Below are positions 58,883 through 64,000 of a stretch of DNA of 64,000 nucleotides, in pieces. Each line of letters begins with the position of its first letter. The stretch's first letter is position 1. Under the pieces are notes generated by a model. It did no database searches. It had not been told where the DNA came from and was given only the letters and a program-made list of their open reading frames with translations. Both the position numbers and the translations under genes were made by a program. Source of the DNA: an uncultured Bacteroides sp. GTDB lineage: Bacteria > Bacillota > Clostridia > Christensenellales > CAG-917. Location: contig CAZCKS010000001.1 of assembly GCA_964499325.1 (NCBI GenBank), positions 5,627-69,626 of the forward strand. Reading direction: 5' to 3'.

Positions 58883-58964
58883 GTATAAAGAAAACCACCA
58901 GATAGTCTGGTGGTTCTTTTATGGGCTTTTGCTGATATGGTTATGCTTTGTGATTTGTAAAAGA

Positions 58965-61769
58965 TTACTCCACACGCAGGGCGTCGACGACGTTCTTGCG
59001 CGATGCGTTGATTGCCGGGATAATGCCCGATATTACTGTTAGGACAAGAGATATTGCGACAAGCGCAAGTGCGTGCAACGGGTGGAGGTGCAACAGCGAG
59101 CCTATGCCTGTAATAGCCTTTATTATGAGTGATATTATCGGGCAAAGGATGTAGGTGATTGCAATGCCGACAAGTCCACTCCACAGGCCGATGAGTGCAG
59201 TCTCGGCAATGAAAACGTGGCGAATATCTCTCTTGCGCGCGCCGATTGCTCTCAATATACCGATTTCGCGGATACGCTCTATGACGGAGTTGGATGTTAT
59301 AACGCCAATCATGACCGTTGATACCACAAGTGATATTGACGCTACAGCCACAAGCAATACCGACACCAAATCGACAATGGCAGACATATTTGTGAGGAAC
59401 ATTTCGGACACGTCGAAGTAACCGATATTGTCTTTTTCCCAATCTCCGATATATTCGATTATAGCCTCTTTTTGCTCAAAGGTTTCCGGGAAAATCGTGA
59501 AGTAACTTGCCGATTTATCCGCACCGATTGCGCGATTGAAGTAATCGAGTTTAAGCACTGTTCCATTGATGATGTTTACAATGTTGGAATTGTAGTCGTC
59601 GTCCGTAAATCCGGCGTTGTTCAAGCCTGGGCAATAGCCGAATATTGTTTCTTCCTCTCCGTTAAGAGAGCGTTGATATTTTGCGACGTTGCTGTTGTAT
59701 GCTTGCTCCACCGCCCATTCTGCAAGTTCGGGAGTGTAACAAAGCGCAGAATTTACAAAGGAATATCCTTTTTCTTTTTGACGGATTACGCCGACGATTT
59801 CAAGTTCTGTAGCGGAGTTTTCATACATGTTCTCAAGGCGTGATTGTTCACTGCTATCCCAGCCCCAGGTCAGGCTTGAGGAGGACAAGCCCATATCCGT
59901 ATATTGTTCGCCGTCCCACTCATAGTAATCGTCGTTGAGAATGAGTTTGAATTTTTGCCCGATGAAATATTCGTATGACACGTTTGTCAAATCCATTTTT
60001 ACAGGCTTTCCGCTATCGTCCAAAACGAGAGAGCCGTCCTCATTTTTCTGATATGTGTCGATGCCGAATTTATTCAACAAATCCGCAGAGATTTTGTTGT
60101 CTATGCCCACGCAAAGTACGATTTCGTTTTTATTTTGCGGATACCGACTGTTTTCTCCGATCAAGTCGTACGATTCAAGCATGGTGTCCTTATCCCCTGC
60201 CAGTTGTTGCCAATGTTTGGATTGCAATCCGTTTTCGCCAAGAACAGTAGAGGCAATGCCCAATGCGGTTATAGGTTGAGGGGATTGCGATACGTCCATA
60301 TATGTGCGATTGCCGTTTTTATCATAAGTTTCACGTACAAGATTGTATCTCAAGCCATAACTTACGCCCAATGACTTATAGTTTTCTTCGGGCATATCTT
60401 TCATATATTCCGTAAACTCTTCGGTGATTTCGTTTTTAGTTATTCCGTCTATGAAAGAGGAGACAAACTTTGAGACATAACTTGTCATGGTTGCGACGGA
60501 ACTATCCCCTGTTGCCGCCGTGACGCCGATTGTATCGCTGTCGGGATAAGCGTCGTCGGTAGTTTGGTTGGACAAGTTCATCATCATATCCATTATGGCG
60601 GAGTCTTTTACGTTGTATTGATATACGCCGAGAGGTACACTGGAAAACATTTCTTTTTCGAGTTTTTGGATATAAACATCAAACCCGTTGGAAATTGCAA
60701 GCACAAGTCCAAGTCCTATTATGCCAATGCTACCTGCAAAAGTCGTAAAGAAGGTGCGGCGTTTTTTCGAGAAGAGGTTTTTGACCGAAAGCCCGAATGC
60801 CATACCCGCACTCATAGAAGTTGGCTTAAAGGACTTGTCTTTTTTCTTTTTGGAAAGACTGTTGATTCCCAACTTATCCAACGTCTTTGTGTGTTCTTCG
60901 CCGAGCGAAGCCATAGCCTTTTTGCGCTTGCGGTTGGAGATTCTTTTGTCGGGATTATTATCGATGTTTTGCGCGATTTCGGCATTTACGCTCACATTTT
61001 CATCAGATAAAGTGTCTGTTGTGATAATGCTTTCTATATTTTCAATATTATCGCTTGTCGTGTCCGTTGACGTTTTAGACGTCTCGTCGGGGACGTATGG
61101 ATTGGTGTCTTCTATAAGTTGACCGTCCTTGAATCGGCAAATGCGAGTTGCATATTGTTGTGCAAGTTCTGCATTGTGCGTGACCATAATAACAAGCCTT
61201 GTCTTGGATATTTCTTGCAAAATATCCATAACTTGCACGCTGAGTTCGCTGTCAAGCGCACCCGTCGGTTCGTCGGCGAGAATGATTTTAGGATCGTTTA
61301 CTATTGCTCTTGCAATAGCAACACGTTGCATTTGACCGCCACTTAATTGGTTGGGACGTTTGTTGATTTCGTCGTGCATATTTACCTTGTGCAAGGCAGT
61401 AATCGCCTTTGCTCTGCGCGTCTTTTTGTTTTCTCCGACAAGGCTTAAGGCAAGTTCAACGTTTTCAAGAACGGTTAAGTGCGGAATGAGATTGTAACTT
61501 TGGAATACAAATCCTATCGTTGCGTTGCGGTAAGCGTCCCAGTGTTCGTCGTCGAATTCTTTTGTGGAAACGCCACCTATAACAAGGTCCCCTTCCGTAT
61601 ATCTGTCAAGACCGCCGATTATGTTCAACATGGTTGTTTTTCCGCAACCGCTCGGACCGAGAATGGCTACAAATTCGCTTTCTCTGAAATTGAGCGAAAC
61701 CTTGCGAAGCGCATGCACCGTTGTTGTCGCGGTGGGATAATCTTTGATGATGTCTTTTAGTTGAAGCAT
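58965..61769 (-). CDS. Fused ABC transporter: N-terminal ATPase plus C-terminal MacB/FtsX-type permease with a large extracytoplasmic domain
   Basis: GPSGCGKTT, LSGGQMQR, ILADEPTGALD. C-terminal FtsX-like helices (...IGILRAIGARKRDI...). Confidence 0.85.
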   Translation of the reverse strand: MLQLKDIIKDYPTATTTVHALRKVSLNFRESEFVAILGPSGCGKTTMLNIIGGLDRYTEGDLVIGGVSTKEFDDEHWDAYRNATIGFVFQSYNLIPHLTVLENVELALSLVGENKKTRRAKAITALHKVNMHDEINKRPNQLSGGQMQRVAIARAIVNDPKIILADEPTGALDSELSVQVMDILQEISKTRLVIMVTHNAELAQQYATRICRFKDGQLIEDTNPYVPDETSKTSTDTTSDNIENIESIITTDTLSDENVSVNAEIAQNIDNNPDKRISNRKRKKAMASLGEEHTKTLDKLGINSLSKKKKDKSFKPTSMSAGMAFGLSVKNLFSKKRRTFFTTFAGSIGIIGLGLVLAISNGFDVYIQKLEKEMFSSVPLGVYQYNVKDSAIMDMMMNLSNQTTDDAYPDSDTIGVTAATGDSSVATMTSYVSKFVSSFIDGITKNEITEEFTEYMKDMPEENYKSLGVSYGLRYNLVRETYDKNGNRTYMDVSQSPQPITALGIASTVLGENGLQSKHWQQLAGDKDTMLESYDLIGENSRYPQNKNEIVLCVGIDNKISADLLNKFGIDTYQKNEDGSLVLDDSGKPVKMDLTNVSYEYFIGQKFKLILNDDYYEWDGEQYTDMGLSSSSLTWGWDSSEQSRLENMYENSATELEIVGVIRQKEKGYSFVNSALCYTPELAEWAVEQAYNSNVAKYQRSLNGEEETIFGYCPGLNNAGFTDDDYNSNIVNIINGTVLKLDYFNRAIGADKSASYFTIFPETFEQKEAIIEYIGDWEKDNIGYFDVSEMFLTNMSAIVDLVSVLLVAVASISLVVSTVMIGVITSNSVIERIREIGILRAIGARKRDIRHVFIAETALIGLWSGLVGIAITYILCPIISLIIKAITGIGSLLHLHPLHALALVAISLVLTVISGIIPAINASRKNVVDALRVE

Positions 61770-61887
61770 ATTACACCTCTATATTTAACTAACACTGTTA
61801 TATATCTCGATTATTAAAATAACCTTTAATTGTCTAAAAATGACGAGAGAATGACTTTCGCCATTCTCTCGGTGTTTTGCTTTTGCA

Positions 61888-62484
61888 TTAAATAGTAGTT
61901 TTGGTCAGCGGAACAAGGTCGATACCTTTTCTTACTGCTTCGGATATGTTCTTGCAGAGTTCCTCAAGAGTGATGCTGCTCTTGTGATTGAACCAGATCT
62001 TGAAGCACTCCATTATGCCCGCTGCCGCAAATGCGATGAAGTATCTTACCTTTCCCATATCAAGGGACTTGGTGGACACTTCTTCGAGCCTATGGATGTA
62101 GGCGTCTACTATGCGCGCGTTGATTTTGTCAAGCAGTTGACCGGAGTTGCTACTTGAGAGGATGTATCTGTTGCCGTCGTCTTGTTTGACAATCTCATCG
62201 GCAACAGTTCTTAAAAGATTGTATGGAGAGGCGATTGCTTCTGCTAAATCCGCCTCGCTCATAATTTTGTCAATGCGAGCGATAATGCCGTTCTCTATAT
62301 CCGCACGCACGTCGCCTACAGTGTTGTAGTACATATAAAACGTGCTTCTCGTGATATTTGCACGCGCCGTAAGTTCGCTAATGGTAATATCCGACATATC
62401 CTTTTCTTGCACAAGTGCTTTGAATGCGTCGAAAATTGCGTTTTTTGTTTTGATAATGCGTTTATCAACTCCGCCGTTTTTCAT
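61888..62484 (-). CDS. TetR-family transcriptional regulator
   Basis: Start moved to MKNGGVDKR behind gaaggtga. HTH ITISELTARANITRSTFYMYY. Confidence 0.8.
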   Translation of the reverse strand: MKNGGVDKRIIKTKNAIFDAFKALVQEKDMSDITISELTARANITRSTFYMYYNTVGDVRADIENGIIARIDKIMSEADLAEAIASPYNLLRTVADEIVKQDDGNRYILSSSNSGQLLDKINARIVDAYIHRLEEVSTKSLDMGKVRYFIAFAAAGIMECFKIWFNHKSSITLEELCKNISEAVRKGIDLVPLTKTTI

Positions 62485-62621
62485 AGTTTCACCTTCTTTA
62501 AATTGCAGTTTGTATTTTATCATATATTTGTAGGTTTTTCCACAGATTTTGAAAATCTTTAGAAAATTAATAAAGATTTAAGATTTGCACAAACTATGTA
62601 AAAAAACAAGGAGAAAATACA

Positions 62622-62801
62622 ATGAAAATAAGAAGAACACGCAAATATGCACCACCACTATCGCACAGCAATCTGTCCGAGCAAGAAAATCTTGCGTCGC
62701 ACTATGATCCTAACGGAAGTTGGACAGGTATTCCCGAAAACGGCGATTTGCCTATTATCCCCGACGGTGACGTTCCCGTTCAAGACGTAGACGACTTGTA
62801 A
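62622..62801 (+). CDS. Unlisted small ORF, 59 aa (below the ORF-track cutoff)
   Basis: RBS aaggaga lies 8 nt upstream of the ATG. Hand translation: MKIRRTRKYAPPLSHSNLSEQENLASHYDPNGSWTGIPENGDLPIIPDGDVPVQDVDDL. A terminator aagcgcac tgc gtgcgctt follows directly. Confidence 0.55.
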   Translation: MKIRRTRKYAPPLSHSNLSEQENLASHYDPNGSWTGIPENGDLPIIPDGDVPVQDVDDL

Positions 62802-62944
62802 AACACGCAAGCGCACTGCGTGCGCTTTGCTATGATAATTGGTTTGTGTGCCAGGACTGTATGAAGAATAACCAATCTTGACATTTTTAAAAGACGAGGG
62901 TAAAATTTGTTTATCAACAATATGTTGTTTTAGGAGGAAAAACA

Positions 62945-63526
62945 ATGAAAAAGAAATTGCTTGTGTTGATAACAATAATCATCGTTGCTTCTGTGCTGTG
63001 CGTTTCGCTTGTTGCGTGTGACGATAGCAATTATCATTACGGTCCCACTCCTATTGTATTTGACGAGGCAATGAGCGTTGAAGATTTGGATAATGCAATA
63101 TGTGTAGCACAGAATTTCACGCTTGAACTTGAAGTTATTGCTATATCGCAAGGTAACGGCACATATTATTTAGGAAATACATATAGTTGTTTCATTAGCG
63201 ATAATATGATGAGTTGGGAGTTTATCGAGGATGGACGCTATTATAGTATATCGGAAAAATCTGACGGAACGCAAAGCGAAATATCTATTAAAGAATATAA
63301 CGATGACGAGCATGAAAACAGCACATTGAGTTCTATGACAGATATGAAAAGGACTATAAGGGAAATGCTTTTGAAAGATGATGCCGTGCACACAATAGAA
63401 GACGGTGCGCTTAAAATATCAGATGGGCGATGTTCGATAGTGGTTAAAGATTGTAATTCAACAAAAATGCCGAGTGTTCCCGAAAAATATAAGGATTACA
63501 AAAATATGGCGATTACCGCCGAATAA
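62945..63526 (+). CDS. Lipoprotein, unknown function
   Basis: Signal ends in SLVAC. RBS aggagg upstream. Confidence 0.75.
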   Translation: MKKKLLVLITIIIVASVLCVSLVACDDSNYHYGPTPIVFDEAMSVEDLDNAICVAQNFTLELEVIAISQGNGTYYLGNTYSCFISDNMMSWEFIEDGRYYSISEKSDGTQSEISIKEYNDDEHENSTLSSMTDMKRTIREMLLKDDAVHTIEDGALKISDGRCSIVVKDCNSTKMPSVPEKYKDYKNMAITAE

Positions 63527-63545
63527 TAAGCGTTGTTTTAACAAG

Positions 63546-63579
63546 AAAAATCCACCGATCAATAAATCGGTGGATTTTT
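63546..63579. terminator. Bidirectional intrinsic terminator
   Basis: aaaaatccaccgat caataa atcggtggattttt. Confidence 0.8.
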
Positions 63580-63580
63580 G

Positions 63581-64000
63581 TTATCTATTCAATATCATGT
63601 TTTTAATATCCGCCACGGTTATTTTTATGCGAGGATTTGTCTTGATTTCATCGCTGATTTTATCTCTTGCGTGGATGACTGTCGTATGGTCTCTGCCGCC
63701 AAACATCTCTCCTATTTGCACAAGGGGCATGGGCAGAAGTTCGGTAATAAGATAGATTGCAATCATACGGGGTTCGACGATGTTTTTAGTCTTTTTCTTT
63801 GAAATAATATCTGCTGTCGAGATTTGGAAATATTTGCAGACAGCATCGATTATTCCGCTTGCGTCGGTAGTCTCGCCCTGCTTTTCTTTAAGGAAGCCGT
63901 CAAAAGCCTCTTTGGCAACCTCTTTTGTTTGAATTGGGCTGTTTGTGAGCGAACTCAAGAATACGATGCGATTTAACAGTCCTTCCATTTCGCGGATGTT
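63581..64000 (-). CDS. dnaA: Chromosomal replication initiator DnaA, C-terminal part (5' end beyond window)
   Basis: Domain IV: IISKKKTKNIVEPRMIAIYLITELLPMPLVQIGEMFGGRDHTTVIHARDKI. The frame stays open to the window edge (...NIREMEGLLNRI). Confidence 0.9.
   Translation of the reverse strand, partial: NIREMEGLLNRIVFLSSLTNSPIQTKEVAKEAFDGFLKEKQGETTDASGIIDAVCKYFQISTADIISKKKTKNIVEPRMIAIYLITELLPMPLVQIGEMFGGRDHTTVIHARDKISDEIKTNPRIKITVADIKNMILNR

Noticed and set aside
58864-59442. 192-aa minus-strand ORF overlapping the 3' part of the ABC transporter gene
   Set aside because: It is an alternative frame of 58965..61769, whose FtsX-type helices are clear. It is an Arg/Cys/His-rich shadow product.
26531-63579. 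Near-identical terminator stems at distant sites: aaaaatccaccga.../...cggtggattttt at 26531 and 63546, and aaaaagcgacg.../...cgtcgcttttt at 38316 and 40324
   Set aside because: These are short A-run/GC-stem/T-run intrinsic terminators with different loops and flanks. Convergent simple sequence seems more likely than a mobile repeat. A genome-wide count would be needed to say otherwise.

Overview
All calls below come from reading the sequence and the ORF track by eye. No BLAST, HMM, tRNAscan, Infernal or folding software was run, so protein functions rest on recognised motifs and RNA structures on hand pairing.

The window looks like chromosomal DNA from a spore-forming Firmicute of Clostridia type: it has spo0A, a SigH-like sigma factor, yyaC, and many lipoprotein signals ending ...LVAC.

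Layout:
- 0-7.9 kb: a glycan-utilisation operon. It holds a MalK/MsmX-like ATPase tail, two GH30 hydrolases and two lipoproteins built from an unrecognised ~125-aa 'W-x-W-F-H-V-Y' module.
- 8-29 kb: mostly housekeeping genes (transglutaminase-like protein, mrnC-rlmB-sigH-like, guaA, dut, ftsH-cysE-cysS, yyaC, CvpA-like, a 1127-aa membrane-anchored protein, ABC-F, tRNA-Asn).
- 29.5-40 kb: origin-type genes. dnaN-rpsF-ssb-rpsR lie behind a cluster of DnaA-box-like sites, followed by a ComEC-type MBL protein, proS, spo0A and a MarR-MATE pair.
- 40-47 kb: accessory surface and unknown genes, then an ORF-free stretch.
- 47.5-58.9 kb: a defence island bracketed by tRNA genes. It carries a complete type II-A CRISPR-Cas locus (22 repeats, csn2-cas2-cas1-cas9, divergent predicted tracrRNA) and an A+T-rich methyltransferase/endonuclease pair.
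- 59-64 kb: a fused MacB-type ABC transporter, a TetR regulator, a lipoprotein, and the 3' end of dnaA on the opposite strand to dnaN.

Most notable observations:
1. Three ~125-nt rod-like hairpins each sit on the stop codon of dnaN, rpsR or proS. Their stems covary but their internal loops and GTAC apex are conserved, so they are a candidate uncharacterised structured-RNA or palindromic-element family.
2. dnaA and dnaN are 32.6 kb apart and inverted relative to each other. A single inversion would restore the canonical arrangement.
3. The CRISPR array contains an internal block duplication with a two-spacer deletion.
4. The glycan operon contains an unrecognised repeated lipoprotein module.
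5. An exact 19-bp motif lies upstream of two transporter operons.
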